Assembly: GCA_003138855.1 (NCBI GenBank)
Contig: PLHF01000045.1
Location: 17,054 to 81,053 of the forward strand
Length of the DNA: 64,000 nt
Source of the DNA: Acidimicrobiaceae bacterium
GTDB lineage: Bacteria > Actinomycetota > Acidimicrobiia > Acidimicrobiales > RAAP-2
Direction of reading: 5' to 3'
Shown: positions 1-14,060 of the stretch, one piece after another
Numbering within the stretch: position 1 is the stretch's first letter
Layout of the letters: each line of letters starts with the position of its first letter
Program-made: the position numbers and the translations under genes
Notes under the pieces: model-generated
Seen by the model: only the letters and a program-made list of their open reading frames with translations
Database searches by the model: none
What the model was told of the DNA's origin: nothing

Positions 1-44
1 GCCGGCCACTACCGGAGCGCCTCCTCAAGGGGGTCATACCCATC

Positions 45-1157
45 ATGTTCCGGCTACAGACGGCCCTTCCTGATCGCTACACGGCAGCCGATCCTGCGCA
101 GCTCGCTGCCTGGATCAGGCAGGCCAAGGACGCACTCGGTTCGCGACTGATCATCCTGGGGCACCACTACCAACGGGACGAGGTGATGGCCTGGGCCGAC
201 GCCCGGGGAGACTCCTTCGGGCTGTCCCGGATCGCCGCCGGCCAGTCCGAGGCGGAGTTCGTGGTGTTCTGTGGCGTCCACTTCATGGCCGAGTCGGCCG
301 ACATCCTGACCGGCCCGCACCAGCAGGTGATCCTGCCGGACCTCAACGCCGGGTGCTCGATGGCCGACATGGCCGACATCGAGTCGGTGGAGGAAGCCTG
401 GGAGACACTCGGAGCGGTGACCGACATCGATCGGGTCATTCCGGTGACCTACATGAACTCGTCGGCGTCGCTGAAGGCCTTCGTCGGACGGCACGGTGGC
501 ATGGTGTGCACGTCCTCGAATGCCCGGGCCGTGCTGACCTGGGCGCTCGGGGACGGCAGCGGCGCCGGTGCCGGCGACCAGGTGCTTTTCTTCCCCGATC
601 AGCACCTGGGCCGCAACACCGGGTTCGAACTCGGATACACAGGCGCCCACATGGCAGTGTGGAACCCGCGTCTGGAGGGCGGAGGCCTCGACGATGCCAC
701 CCTCAAATCGGCGGCCCTGCTCCTGTGGAAGGGTCACTGCTCGGTGCACCAGCGCTTCCGGCCCGAGCACATCGACGCGTTCCGGGCCGAGCATCCAGGC
801 GGCATCGTGGTCGTCCACCCGGAGTGCGCCCACGACGTGGTCGAAGCTGCGGATCAGGTCGGCTCGACCGACTACATCATCCAGGCGGTGGCCGAGGCCC
901 CCTCGGGATCTGTGATCGGAGTCGGCACAGAGATCCACCTCGTCAAGCGCCTCGATGACGAGACCCCCGACAAGACGGTGCTCTCCCTGGACCCATTGGT
1001 CTGTCCGTGTTCGACCATGTTCCGCATCGACGCCCCCCACCTGGCCTGGGTGCTGGAGGGCCTCGTGGACGGCGAGGTCCGCAACCGGATCACCGTCGAC
1101 GAGGAGACCGCCACATGGGCCCGGGTCGCCCTCGAGAGGATGCTGGCCACCGTCTGA
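45..1157 (+). CDS. nadA: quinolinate synthase NadA
   Basis: 370-aa ORF with recognisable NadA blocks (ILGHHYQ, FCGVHFMAESADIL, LNAGCSMADM, VHPEC, VGTEIHLV, CPCSTM). Confidence 0.9.
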   Translation: MFRLQTALPDRYTAADPAQLAAWIRQAKDALGSRLIILGHHYQRDEVMAWADARGDSFGLSRIAAGQSEAEFVVFCGVHFMAESADILTGPHQQVILPDLNAGCSMADMADIESVEEAWETLGAVTDIDRVIPVTYMNSSASLKAFVGRHGGMVCTSSNARAVLTWALGDGSGAGAGDQVLFFPDQHLGRNTGFELGYTGAHMAVWNPRLEGGGLDDATLKSAALLLWKGHCSVHQRFRPEHIDAFRAEHPGGIVVVHPECAHDVVEAADQVGSTDYIIQAVAEAPSGSVIGVGTEIHLVKRLDDETPDKTVLSLDPLVCPCSTMFRIDAPHLAWVLEGLVDGEVRNRITVDEETATWARVALERMLATV

Positions 1158-1211
1158 AGCAGCCCGTGCGCTGTCGATGGGACGGCCGCAACGGAACGGC
1201 GGTGTGCGCGA

Positions 1212-4229
<3,018 letters not shown>

Positions 4230-4268
4230 GGCGGTGAGGTTACCGGTGCCCGGGACCCGGTCCGGCGG

Positions 4269-6482
4269 TCACAGGGGGACGGTGGCCACGACGTCGGCCG
4301 TGGATCCCGTGAGGACGGCGGAACCGTCCACCGGATCGCGGACCAGCAGGGACCGCAGCTCGGAGATCTCGTCCCGGATGAGGGCGGCTTCCTCGAAACG
4401 GAGCTCCTCGGCGGCCTTGGCCATCTCGGCGTCGAGCCGGTGGATGAGGCTCGACAGCTCGTCGGCATCGGGACCGAGGGCGTGGGCCATCTCGGCGGCC
4501 GCCGCCCGGGGGTCGACCCCCCCGCGCCGACCCTTCCGGCCCCGTGCCGATTCCGGCCTGGCTCTCGTGCCCGAGGCGGTCCCGGCCGAACCGAGGGAGT
4601 CGCCCCGGACCCGCTCGAGAATGTCGGTGACCGACTTCGTGATGGTCTGGGGGTCGATCCCGTGGGCCTCGTTGTAGGTGATCTGGCGGGCCCGCCGGCG
4701 TTGGGTCTCTCCGATGGCGTTGGTCATGGAGTCGGTGACGGTGTCGGCGTACATGACGACCCGGCCGCTGACGTTGCGGGCCGCCCTCCCCATGGTCTGG
4801 ATCAGCGACGAGGTCGACCGGAGGAACCCTTCCTTGTCGGCATCCAGGATGGCCACCAGGGCCACTTCGGGGAGGTCCAGCCCCTCCCGGAGGAGATTGA
4901 TCCCCACCAGGACGTCGAACACCCCCAGTCTGAGCTCGCGCAGCAGCTCGATGCGGGCCATGGTGTCCACGTCGGAGTGAAGGTACTGGACCCGCACGCC
5001 CTGCTCCGCGAGGTACTCGGTCAGGTCCTCGGCCATCTTCTTCGTCAGGGTGGTGACCAGCACCCGGTGGCCGGCGGCCACGGTGGCGTCGATCCGCTCC
5101 TGCAGGTCGTCGATCTGACCGGTGGTCGGGCGGATGTCCACCTCGGGATCGACCAGTCCGGTGGGCCGGATCACCTGCTCGACGATGTTGGCGCTGTGCT
5201 CCAGCTCCCAGGGGCCCGGGGTCGCCGAGAGCAGGATGACCTGGCCGGTCCGCTCGATGAACTCCTCGAACCGCAGCGGCCGGTTGTCCATGGCCGATGG
5301 CAACCGGAACCCGTGGTCGACCAGGGTCTCCTTGCGTGACCGGTCACCGGCGTACTGGCCCCGGAGCTGGGGCACGGCCACGTGGCTCTCGTCCAACACC
5401 ACCAGGAAGTCCTTGGGGAAGAAGTCGAGCAGGGTGAAGGGCGCCTCACCGGGAGCCCGCCCGTCGAGGTGCCGGCTGTAGTTCTCCACTCCCCCGCACA
5501 CGCCGGTCTCGGCCAGCATCTCGAGGTCGTACTCGGTGCGCATCCGGAGCCGCTGGGCCTCCAGGAGCTTGCCCGCCCCCTCCAGCTCGGCCAGACGGCT
5601 GCGGAGCTCGGCCTCGATGCCGATGACGGCCTTCCGCATCCGTTCGTCCCCGGTGCCGTAGTGGGTGTTGGCGAAGACCACCAGCTCCTCGAGATCGTCG
5701 CCGATCTCCCCGGTCATCACGTCGAAGGGCCGGATCCGCTCCACGGTGTCCCCGAAGAACTCGATACGGACCGCCCGGCTTTCGTAGGCCGGGTGTATCT
5801 CGACGGTGTCGCCCCGCACCCGGAACTGCCCCCGCAGCAGGGTGGTGTCGTTGCGGGAGTACTGGAGATCGACCAGGCGTCGGAGGAGGTAGCGCTGGTC
5901 GTGGACGTCACCCGGGCGGAGGGCCACGATCCGATCGCGGTACTCGTCCGGTGAGCCCAGCCCGTAGATGCACGACACCGACGCCACCACGATGGTGTCG
6001 GGCCGAAGCAGCAGGGAGGAGGTCGATGCATGGCGCAACCGGTCGATCTCGTCGTTGATCGACGAGTCCTTCTCGATGTAGGTGTCCGAGGACGGCACGT
6101 ACGCCTCGGGCTGGTAGTAGTCGTAGTAGGACACGAAGTACTCGACCCGGTTGCGGGGGAAGAGCTCCTTCAACTCGGCGGCCAGCTGGGCGGCCAACGA
6201 CTTGTTGGGCTCGATGATCAGGGTCGGACGCTGCACCGCCTCGATGGTCCAGGCGATGGTGGCCGTCTTGCCCGAGCCGGTGATGCCCAGCAGGGTCTGG
6301 TAGCGGTCGCCACGCCCGAGTCCCTCGACCAGGCCGGCGATGGCCTGGGGCTGATCCCCCGCCGGGCGGAAGGGCGAGACGACCTCGAATCTGGGCACGC
6401 CTGCGATGGTACCGGTCGGGTGTGACACCGCAGCCGAGGGGGGGACAGGGGAAGGCTCAGTCCGCCGGCTGTGCGTCTCCAA
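4269..6482 (-). CDS. uvrB: excinuclease ABC subunit UvrB
   Basis: GDQPQAI motif, GITGSGKT Walker A, DESH box and a C-terminal UVR motif ([15 protein letters not shown]). Alternative in-frame GTG starts at 6428 and 6398 would remove the overlap with coaE. Confidence 0.96.
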   Translation of the reverse strand: METHSRRTEPSPVPPSAAVSHPTGTIAGVPRFEVVSPFRPAGDQPQAIAGLVEGLGRGDRYQTLLGITGSGKTATIAWTIEAVQRPTLIIEPNKSLAAQLAAELKELFPRNRVEYFVSYYDYYQPEAYVPSSDTYIEKDSSINDEIDRLRHASTSSLLLRPDTIVVASVSCIYGLGSPDEYRDRIVALRPGDVHDQRYLLRRLVDLQYSRNDTTLLRGQFRVRGDTVEIHPAYESRAVRIEFFGDTVERIRPFDVMTGEIGDDLEELVVFANTHYGTGDERMRKAVIGIEAELRSRLAELEGAGKLLEAQRLRMRTEYDLEMLAETGVCGGVENYSRHLDGRAPGEAPFTLLDFFPKDFLVVLDESHVAVPQLRGQYAGDRSRKETLVDHGFRLPSAMDNRPLRFEEFIERTGQVILLSATPGPWELEHSANIVEQVIRPTGLVDPEVDIRPTTGQIDDLQERIDATVAAGHRVLVTTLTKKMAEDLTEYLAEQGVRVQYLHSDVDTMARIELLRELRLGVFDVLVGINLLREGLDLPEVALVAILDADKEGFLRSTSSLIQTMGRAARNVSGRVVMYADTVTDSMTNAIGETQRRRARQITYNEAHGIDPQTITKSVTDILERVRGDSLGSAGTASGTRARPESARGRKGRRGGVDPRAAAAEMAHALGPDADELSSLIHRLDAEMAKAAEELRFEEAALIRDEISELRSLLVRDPVDGSAVLTGSTADVVATVPL

Positions 6483-7098
6483 CCGGGGGGTCAGCGCGTC
6501 GACGCAGTTCGACCAGAAGCGCCCAGACCCGGTCCACTTCGCCCTTCAGATGCTGCTCGTCACCCGAGTTGTCGACCACCAGATCGGCGCCGGCCAGGCG
6601 GGCCTCCCGATCGGGCTGCGACCCGATGCGGGCACGGGCGTCCGCCTCGGCCATGCCCCGGAGCTCGACGAGGCGGTGCAGGGCCAGGTCGGTCGGGGTG
6701 TCGACCACCACCACGGCGGCCAGTCCGAGCAACTCGCGGTGGATGTCCCTCAGGAGGGGGATGTCCATGACCACGATGTCGTCGGTCCCGGCGTATCGAT
6801 CCTTGCGGTCGATCATCTCCACGCCGATGGCCGGGTGGGTGATGGCGTTGAGGTCGGCCAGTGCGTCGGGGTGGCCGAAGACGAGCGCGGCCAGGCGCGG
6901 CCGGTCGATGCACCCGTCCTCGTCGACGATGCCGGGGCCGAACCGGTCGATCAGGGGTCGGTAGGCGGGGCCGCCCGGGGCGACCACCTCGCGGGCGACC
7001 TCATCGGCGTCCACCAGCACCGCGCCGTGGCCGACCAGGAGCCCGGCGACTGTGGACTTGCCTGCGCCGATCCCCCCGGTGAGCCCGATGGCGAGCAA
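6457..7098 (-). CDS. coaE: dephospho-CoA kinase
   Basis: N-terminal [14 protein letters not shown]-loop typical of CoaE. The longest ORF reaches 7218 but would overlap the upstream gene. An in-frame TTG at 7098 gives the canonical (M)LAIGLTGG start just after the upstream stop at 7112. Confidence 0.85.
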   Translation of the reverse strand: MLAIGLTGGIGAGKSTVAGLLVGHGAVLVDADEVAREVVAPGGPAYRPLIDRFGPGIVDEDGCIDRPRLAALVFGHPDALADLNAITHPAIGVEMIDRKDRYAGTDDIVVMDIPLLRDIHRELLGLAAVVVVDTPTDLALHRLVELRGMAEADARARIGSQPDREARLAGADLVVDNSGDEQHLKGEVDRVWALLVELRRRADPPVGDAQPAD

Positions 7099-7111
7099 GG
7101 CGGCCGGCCGG

Positions 7112-7969
7112 TCAGACGGGCCGACGCGGCCGGGACGCAGTGGCGAAGAGGACCATCGTGGTGGGGTCGAGGTCATCGGTGACGAAGAAGTCATCCGCGG
7201 TGATGCCGGTGAGGCCACCCGAGTCGCCTCGGGCGATGACCTTGTAGGCGAGCGGGAGGATGCGGGTGTAGATCCCGATGTACCACGACAGCGGAATCCG
7301 GTGGCGGATGTCGAGGACGTCCAGCTTGAGCACCTTGTTCGCCTTCACCCGACGGGCGGTGAAATCGGCCTTCACGTGCGGCACCGCGTCGAGTCCCTGG
7401 ACGGTGACGTCGTGGAAGGAGCGCTCGAGCAACCGCTGCAGCTCGGCGGGCTCGAAGAGGTGGATGTGGAACGGGTTCTCGAAGTCGGCGGGCGCATTGG
7501 GGGTGAGGAAGAAGGCGGTGCCCTCGTCCGACAGCACCCGGGCCAGCTCGCGCACGTGCCCCTCGGGCTCTTCGAAGTGCTCGATCAGGTGCGACGAGCA
7601 CGCCCAGTCGAAGCTGGCCTCGGCGAACCCCAGCGCCAGCGCGTTCATCCGGGCCACCTGGAGGCCGGACCGTCCCCACCGCTGGCGGGCCGCCCCGACG
7701 GCGTCGGCGCTGTAGTCGGCCCCGACGACCACACGGTCATCGGCCAGGAACCGGGCCGACTCGAACCCCTGGCCACAGCCGACATCGAGCATCGTCCCCT
7801 TGCCCAGTCGCTCGATGACCGTCCGGTAGCCGGCGGCGTGGAGCGCCAGCAGTGAGTCGGGGGTGACCCCCTCCAGGGGGCGCTCCCCGGTGAGGCGCTT
7901 GCCGGGCGCCTGGTGCCCACCGACGATCGCTGCCACCGTGGAACCCGGCCCGGACCTGTTCTCGCTCAT
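7112..7969 (-). CDS. class I SAM-dependent methyltransferase
   Basis: SAM-binding motif I (MLDVGCGQGF) followed by VVGADYS and a typical Methyltransf_11-like spacing. Divergent from the AftD-like gene. Confidence 0.75.
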   Translation of the reverse strand: MSENRSGPGSTVAAIVGGHQAPGKRLTGERPLEGVTPDSLLALHAAGYRTVIERLGKGTMLDVGCGQGFESARFLADDRVVVGADYSADAVGAARQRWGRSGLQVARMNALALGFAEASFDWACSSHLIEHFEEPEGHVRELARVLSDEGTAFFLTPNAPADFENPFHIHLFEPAELQRLLERSFHDVTVQGLDAVPHVKADFTARRVKANKVLKLDVLDIRHRIPLSWYIGIYTRILPLAYKVIARGDSGGLTGITADDFFVTDDLDPTTMVLFATASRPRRPV

Positions 7970-8059
7970 CTGGCTCCCTGTGTCTGGCGTCGTGCCGTTG
8001 CCTGCCCGGTCGAAGTGCTGACACCCCGACTCGTCGGTTGTTTACACTACCGATCACTC

Positions 8060-11000
8060 GTGTCGGATCCCCAACCTTCCGCTGTCGCGCCCTCGGGCCG
8101 GGCCCAGGGCCCGGTCCGGACGGCCTATGCCCGGCTGCGGTCACCCAGCCGGCTGCGGGCCACGGTCGACTACCTGGCCATCGCCGTGTTGGCCTTCGTC
8201 CCGATGTTGGCCTCCCGCCCGGGGACCGTGACTGACGACACCAAGACCTACCTCTACCTCGATCCGGGTCGCTACGTGCGCCAGGCAGCGTCACTGTGGG
8301 ACCCCGACGTGGGATTGGGCACGGTCACCCACCAGAACATCGGGTATCTGCTGCCGATGGGGCCCTTCTACTGGGTGATGGCCGAGCTGCACGTGCCCCT
8401 GTGGGTCGCCCAGCGCCTGTGGATGGGGACCCTCCTGTTCGCCGCCGGTGCCGGTGCCCTCTACCTGTGCCGCGTCATCGGGCTCTCGGGTCCCGGCCGC
8501 TACGTCACCGCCTTCGGGTTCATGTTCACGCCCTATGTACTGCAGTACACCGGGCGGATCTCGGTCATCCTGTTGCCGTGGGCCGGACTTCCCTGGATGA
8601 TCGCCTTCGTCATCCTGGCCCTGCGGCGAGGGGGCTGGAGGTACCCGGCCCTCTTCGCCCTGGTGGTCGCCCTAGTCAGCGGCATCAATGCCAGCTCGAT
8701 CCTCTACGTGGGCATCGCCCCTGCCCTGTGGCTCCCCTACGCCGTGCTGGTGGCCAAGGAGTCGACCTGGCGCCAGGCGTGGGGCGTGGCGTGGAAGGTG
8801 GCCGGACTCACGGTCCTGGCGTCCCTGTGGTGGGCTGTCGGGCTGCAGGTGGAGGCTGCCTACGGGGTAAACGTCCTCAAGTACACCGAGACGGTGCCGG
8901 CTACCAGCGGGGCCTCCCTGGCCTCGGAGATCATCCGGGGGCTCGGCTACTGGTACTTCTACGGGTCCGACCGGGTGGGGGCCTGGACCCAGGCGTCGGT
9001 CGCCTACACCCAGGATCTCTGGCTCATGGGCCTGAGCTTCCTCGTCCCCGCACTCGCCTTCGCCGCCGCCTTCTTCTCCCGCTGGCGATACCGCTCCTAC
9101 TTCGTGCTCATCACCGTGGTGGGCATGGTGCTGGCCGTGGGCCCGAACCCCTACAGCGACCCCTCGACCGTCGGATCGGTGCTGAAGGCGATCATGGTGG
9201 ACACCACGGCCGGCCTGGCCATGCGGTCGACCGACCGGGCCTCGCCGGTCATCATCCTCAGCCTGGCCATGTTCCTCGGCGCCGGGGTCAGCGCCCTCAC
9301 GTTCCGGGTCCGCCGGACGGGCCTGGTCATCGGTGCCTTCGCCGTGGCTGCCATCGCGGCGGCCTCCGCCCCGCTGTGGACAGGGGCGGTCATTGCCAAC
9401 GGATTCACCCAGCCGGCCGTGCCGCCGACCTACGTGCGCCAGGCGGCTGCGGCGCTGAACGGCACCCATCCGGGGACGCGGGTCTATGCGCTCCCCGGCA
9501 ACGACTTCGCCGCCTACCGGTGGGGGGACACCATCGACACGGTCTATCCCGGCCTGATGACCAGGCCCTTCGTGACCCACGAGCAGCAGATCATGGGCTC
9601 GCTGGCGACTGCCGACATCCTGCAGGCGGTCGACACCCCGCTCCAGGACGGCACCATGAACTGGAATGCGCTCGGGCCGATGTCCTCCCTCCTGGACGCG
9701 GGCGATGTGCTGGCCCAGTACGACCAGGCCTACGAGCGTTACGACACGCCGCTCCCCCAGCTGCTGGCGGCCGACCTCGCCGTCACGCCGCCCGGTCTGT
9801 CCGACCCGGTCTCCTACGGCACCCCCCGACCCAACGTCTCCCTCATCCCCCACTTCGACGAGGCCACCCTGGCCCTGCCGCCCAACTCCGGTTGGACCGC
9901 CCCCCTGGTCTCCTACACGGTCAGCAACCCGCGACCGATCGTCCGGGCGGAGACGACCAAGGTGCCGCTCGTCGTGGACGGGGACGCTTCGGGCATCGTG
10001 AACGCCTCCTCGGTGGGGCTCCTGGCGAACAACCCCACCATCCTCTACGCCGGCACCCTCGACACCGACCCGGTCCTGCGGAAGCAGACACTGGCAACCC
10101 CGGCGGACCTGGTGGTGACCGACACCAACCGCAAGCAGGGCTTCCGCTGGAACTCGCTGAACGAGAACACTGGCTACACCGAGACCGCCACCCAGTCGCC
10201 GGACACCTCGGACCCGAGCGACGCTCCCCTCAACCTGTTCCCCAAGGCGCCGGCCGATGCGCAGACCACCTCGGTGCTGGCCGGGGTTTCGTCGGTGACC
10301 GCCTCCTCCTACGGGTCCTCGATCACCTACCTGCCCGAGGACCGCCCCTCGGCCGCCCTCGACGCCAACATACAGACCGCCTGGCTGACCGATTCCTTCA
10401 CGCAGCAGCTCGGGCAGTGGTGGCAGGTGGTGCTACTCGAGCCCCGCACCGAGAGCTCCGTGACCCTGGTCCAACCGCAGACCGGGGATCCCGACCGCTC
10501 GATCACCTCGGTGACCCTGACTTTCGACGGGAAGCATCCCGTGACCGTTCCGCTGGGACCCGCCTCGCGCACGCCGACCGGACAGGTGGTGAACTTCCCG
10601 ACCCGCACCTTCACCACGATGCGCATCACGGTGAGCGGGGTGGCCGTCGCCGATCCGAGCGTCCCGGTGGGCTCGCGCAGCTCGGTGGGCTTAGCCGAGG
10701 TGGAGATCCCGGGCATCTCGGTCGACGAGACCATCGCCATGCCCGAGGATCTGCTCCGGGCGGCGGGGCCGTCGTCCCTGTTCGACCGGCTCAGCCTGGT
10801 CATGACCCGACTGCGGAGCTCGGGGACCCCACCGCGCTCCGATGTGGAGACGTCGCTGGCCCGGACCTTCTGGCTCCCCACCCAGCGGACCTTCTCCTTG
10901 ACCGGATCCGCCCGCATCTCGTCGCTCATCCCCGACGACGAGATCGACCGACTGGTAGGGCGGCCCGGGTCCAACCACACGGGCATCGTGGCCTATTCCG

Positions 11001-12646
11001 AGGGCCGGCTGCCCGGGGACCTCCGGGCCGGGGCGATCGCCACCCTCGACAACGATCCCACCACCGTGTGGGAGCCGGGGTTCGGGGTGGGCCACCAGGC
11101 CGGGGAGTGGCTGCACTACAACCTGCCCCGGCCCGTCACCTTCGACCGCCTGGACCTCAAGGTGGTCGCCGACGGTCAGCACTCCGTGCCCACAGAACTG
11201 ACCGTCTCGGCCGACAGCGGCAGTGCCACCGTCCCCCTTCCTCCCCTCGCCGACAGCCGCACGCCGGGCTCGGTGGTCGACGTGCCGGTCACGTTCGCCC
11301 CACTCCACGGCCAGAGCATCCAGATCACCTTCGACACGGTGCGGATCGAGAACTCGCCCAACTACTACTCGAAGACGCCGATCGCCATGCCCATCGGCAT
11401 CGCCGAGGTCGGGATCGCCGGGTTGCAGGCCGCCCCGCTGCCGGCCGACATCCCGAGCTCGTGCCGTGGTGACCTGGTGACGATGGACGGCGCACCGCTC
11501 TGGATCTCCATCTCCGGATCCACCGCCGCGGCCCTCGACCGCCAGGCACTGACCGTCTCGCCATGCGGCCCGGATGCCAACGGGGTGACCCTCGGGCCCG
11601 GCCTGCACACGTTGCGGTCGACCATGGGCCAGACCGCCGGATTCGACCTCGACCAGTTGGCCTTCGACTCGGCGCCAGCGGGCGGCCCGATGCCCTTGGC
11701 ATCCCCCACCCAACTAGCGGCGCCCGTGGTGGCCCCGGCGCCCTCCGTCCGCGTGGTCGCGGCGACGGCCACCACCGTCCACCTCACGGTCACCGGGCTC
11801 GGCTCGGGTGCCGGGTCAGGCCCGGCCGATCTGATCCTCGGCGAGAGCATCAATGCCGGGTGGACAGCCACGGTGGTCGGTGGCGGAAGGCTGGGCCCTC
11901 CGGTACTGATCGACGGGTTCGCCAACGGCTGGCGGATGGATCCGTCTGACCTGGGTAGCGCCGTCCATGGCGGCACTGTCTCGGTGGTCCTGCAGTGGCA
12001 GCCGCAGAAGCAGGTCAACATCGCCCTGATCATCTCCGCCGTGGCCATCATCGGCTGCCTGGTCCTCGCCATCCTCCCGGTCCGCAGGCGCTCGAGGCGG
12101 AGGAAGAGGCAGCACAGCCGGACCACAGAGCCACTCGACGGCGAGGTCGGGGGGACAGCGCTCGGTGGGGCCGGGCTGGCGTCCAGAGGTGCGGCGTCCG
12201 ACGAGCCCGCTTCCCCGTCCTACCCGGTGGTAACCGACGCCCCGTCCCTTGCCCCGCCCTTCCGCCCTGAGGGGCCCCGGGCACCGGTGTGGGTGGCCCT
12301 GCTCGCCGGCGTGCTCACCGGCGCCGTCGCCGGAGCCATCGCCGCCCCCATGGCCGGTGCCGCGGTGGGGTTGGCCACGGGGGTGGTTCTCCTCGTGCCG
12401 CGACTCCGGGTCGTACTGGGCCTCGTCGCCGTGGCCTGCGTCGTGGCCGCGGGCGGGTACACCGTGCTGCACCAGAGCTACCACCACATCCCCCCCGACG
12501 GTGCGTGGCCGCTCTCGTTCGGCAAGGCCAGCGAGTGGGCATGGGGCGCAGTGGTGTTCCTCGGAGCCGACGGCGTCGTCGACGTGATCCTGCGGCGTCG
12601 CCCGCGGCGAGGACGAACCGGGCGGGTGACGACCGAGGCCGGTTGA
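8060..12646 (+). CDS. AftD-like (DUF3367) GT-C membrane glycosyltransferase with large extracytoplasmic beta-rich/CBM-like region
   Basis: N-terminal signature recalled from alpha-(1->3)-arabinofuranosyltransferase AftD family (GTVTDDTKTYLYLDPGRY...LWDPDVGLGTVTHQNIGYLLPMGPFYW). Multiple TM helices in the first ~450 aa, a long soluble middle, and C-terminal TM helices. GTG at 8060 chosen because the longest ORF (7913) overlaps the divergent methyltransferase. Confidence 0.8.
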   Translation: MSDPQPSAVAPSGRAQGPVRTAYARLRSPSRLRATVDYLAIAVLAFVPMLASRPGTVTDDTKTYLYLDPGRYVRQAASLWDPDVGLGTVTHQNIGYLLPMGPFYWVMAELHVPLWVAQRLWMGTLLFAAGAGALYLCRVIGLSGPGRYVTAFGFMFTPYVLQYTGRISVILLPWAGLPWMIAFVILALRRGGWRYPALFALVVALVSGINASSILYVGIAPALWLPYAVLVAKESTWRQAWGVAWKVAGLTVLASLWWAVGLQVEAAYGVNVLKYTETVPATSGASLASEIIRGLGYWYFYGSDRVGAWTQASVAYTQDLWLMGLSFLVPALAFAAAFFSRWRYRSYFVLITVVGMVLAVGPNPYSDPSTVGSVLKAIMVDTTAGLAMRSTDRASPVIILSLAMFLGAGVSALTFRVRRTGLVIGAFAVAAIAAASAPLWTGAVIANGFTQPAVPPTYVRQAAAALNGTHPGTRVYALPGNDFAAYRWGDTIDTVYPGLMTRPFVTHEQQIMGSLATADILQAVDTPLQDGTMNWNALGPMSSLLDAGDVLAQYDQAYERYDTPLPQLLAADLAVTPPGLSDPVSYGTPRPNVSLIPHFDEATLALPPNSGWTAPLVSYTVSNPRPIVRAETTKVPLVVDGDASGIVNASSVGLLANNPTILYAGTLDTDPVLRKQTLATPADLVVTDTNRKQGFRWNSLNENTGYTETATQSPDTSDPSDAPLNLFPKAPADAQTTSVLAGVSSVTASSYGSSITYLPEDRPSAALDANIQTAWLTDSFTQQLGQWWQVVLLEPRTESSVTLVQPQTGDPDRSITSVTLTFDGKHPVTVPLGPASRTPTGQVVNFPTRTFTTMRITVSGVAVADPSVPVGSRSSVGLAEVEIPGISVDETIAMPEDLLRAAGPSSLFDRLSLVMTRLRSSGTPPRSDVETSLARTFWLPTQRTFSLTGSARISSLIPDDEIDRLVGRPGSNHTGIVAYSEGRLPGDLRAGAIATLDNDPTTVWEPGFGVGHQAGEWLHYNLPRPVTFDRLDLKVVADGQHSVPTELTVSADSGSATVPLPPLADSRTPGSVVDVPVTFAPLHGQSIQITFDTVRIENSPNYYSKTPIAMPIGIAEVGIAGLQAAPLPADIPSSCRGDLVTMDGAPLWISISGSTAAALDRQALTVSPCGPDANGVTLGPGLHTLRSTMGQTAGFDLDQLAFDSAPAGGPMPLASPTQLAAPVVAPAPSVRVVAATATTVHLTVTGLGSGAGSGPADLILGESINAGWTATVVGGGRLGPPVLIDGFANGWRMDPSDLGSAVHGGTVSVVLQWQPQKQVNIALIISAVAIIGCLVLAILPVRRRSRRRKRQHSRTTEPLDGEVGGTALGGAGLASRGAASDEPASPSYPVVTDAPSLAPPFRPEGPRAPVWVALLAGVLTGAVAGAIAAPMAGAAVGLATGVVLLVPRLRVVLGLVAVACVVAAGGYTVLHQSYHHIPPDGAWPLSFGKASEWAWGAVVFLGADGVVDVILRRRPRRGRTGRVTTEAG

Positions 12647-12655
12647 CGGCCCGCC

Positions 12656-14011
12656 CTAGGCGCGAGCCAGTGCCTCGGCCCCGAGTGCGGCGAGCGCTCC
12701 CCGCGCAGTGGCATCCCAGCTGAGCTGTGACGCGTGCTCGAGAGCGGCCACGCCGAGCCGTTTGCGGAGCACCTGGTCGCGCAGGACCGTGTCCAAGGCG
12801 CCGACCAACTCTTCGGATCCGTCGACCAGGAGTCCCGACCGGCCGTCATCCACCGCGTCGACGTGCCCACCGATCCTCGTGACGACGGCCGGCGTTCCGC
12901 ACGCACCGGCCTCGGTGATCGTCATACCCCAGCCCTCCCGCAGCGAGGTCGAGGCCACCACCCAGGCACGCCGGTAGAGGTCGATCAGTCCCTCTTCCGA
13001 CACGTAGCCCGGCAGCGACAGCCACGATTGGGCGTCGTGGCGCCGGATGAGGGCCTCGAGCGCAGGGCGCTCGTACCCTTCGCCGGCGATCACGGCGCGG
13101 AGTTCGGGGTGCGCCGGCTTGAGCCGGACCAGCGCCTCGATCAACAAGTGGAATCTCTTTACGGGGACCAGACGTCCAACTGCGACCACCAGCGGGAGGT
13201 TCGATCGCTCGCCGAGCGGTGAGAAGGACGGTTCCACACCCGGCGGGACGACGGCGATGCGCTCCGGCGGAATTCGCAGGCGCTCGACGATCTCCGCCTT
13301 GGAGGAGCTCGACAGTGTCACGATCCGGCTGCGCCGATAGGCCGGCGGCGCCAGTCGGTGCTCCACCCCGTGCCCGAACTCGGCCATTCCAGTGGGCAGC
13401 ACCATCTTCCACATCTCCGCGTGCACGTGGTGAAGGAAGACGATCTGCGGAGCGCGGGACCACAGCGGCGAGAAGAAGGGCATCCCGTTCCAGATCTCCA
13501 CCAGGCCATCGCCCCCGCCGATCCTGCCGAGCGCACCGGACAGGATCGTCCGCGGAAACACCGAGTAGCGCCCGGCCCGCCGGATGACCCGATAGCCGTC
13601 ACGTCGGACGACGGTTCGCATGTCGGGCACCGAAGACGTGGTCAACGACACATCCAGACCCGCCTGCGACCAGGCAGTCATCACCCGGTGGGCGTGGAGC
13701 TCGGAACCCCCGGCCTCGGGGTCGTCGAAGTCGCGCCAGGCGATGACGTCGATCCGTTTCAGGCCGGCATATTCGGCGATCCCTCGGACGGACATCCCAC
13801 GGAATCGCCGAAGACCGGGCTGCTCGAACTGTGGCGTCGGGTCGACTCCGACCGGGGCGCCCGCCCCGACGGGTGTCCCCGGGCCGTCGCCTTCACCGAC
13901 CGGGGCGCCGTCCGGATCGGGCACGGGCACCAGATAGGGGAACACGGGCCCTTGACCGGCGTCCGTGCCGTATTTGCTGGCAGCGCCCGACTGCTCGATT
14001 CGTTGCCTCAA
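12656..14011 (-). CDS. GT4-family (GT-B) glycosyltransferase
   Basis: C-terminal Glycos_transf_1 pattern (VGRLVPVKRFHLLIEAL..., SLREGWGMTITEAGACGTPAVVTRIGG, E-x7-E region). The Pro/Gly-rich first ~70 aa may be untranslated (alternative ATG at 13795). Confidence 0.85.
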   Translation of the reverse strand: MRQRIEQSGAASKYGTDAGQGPVFPYLVPVPDPDGAPVGEGDGPGTPVGAGAPVGVDPTPQFEQPGLRRFRGMSVRGIAEYAGLKRIDVIAWRDFDDPEAGGSELHAHRVMTAWSQAGLDVSLTTSSVPDMRTVVRRDGYRVIRRAGRYSVFPRTILSGALGRIGGGDGLVEIWNGMPFFSPLWSRAPQIVFLHHVHAEMWKMVLPTGMAEFGHGVEHRLAPPAYRRSRIVTLSSSSKAEIVERLRIPPERIAVVPPGVEPSFSPLGERSNLPLVVAVGRLVPVKRFHLLIEALVRLKPAHPELRAVIAGEGYERPALEALIRRHDAQSWLSLPGYVSEEGLIDLYRRAWVVASTSLREGWGMTITEAGACGTPAVVTRIGGHVDAVDDGRSGLLVDGSEELVGALDTVLRDQVLRKRLGVAALEHASQLSWDATARGALAALGAEALARA

Positions 14012-14060
14012 CCTTGGGATCCCCCTGACTCCGGCCTGTCGCCGATGGCTGGGCAGTGTA

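Noticed and set aside
8296-11472. 1058-aa + strand ORF in an alternative frame inside the AftD-like gene, and 8672-9853 / 10691-11713 minus-strand ORFs
   Set aside because: Their composition is Arg/Pro/Gly-dominated, they have no hydrophobic or catalytic motifs, and they are fully nested in a gene with a strong family signature.
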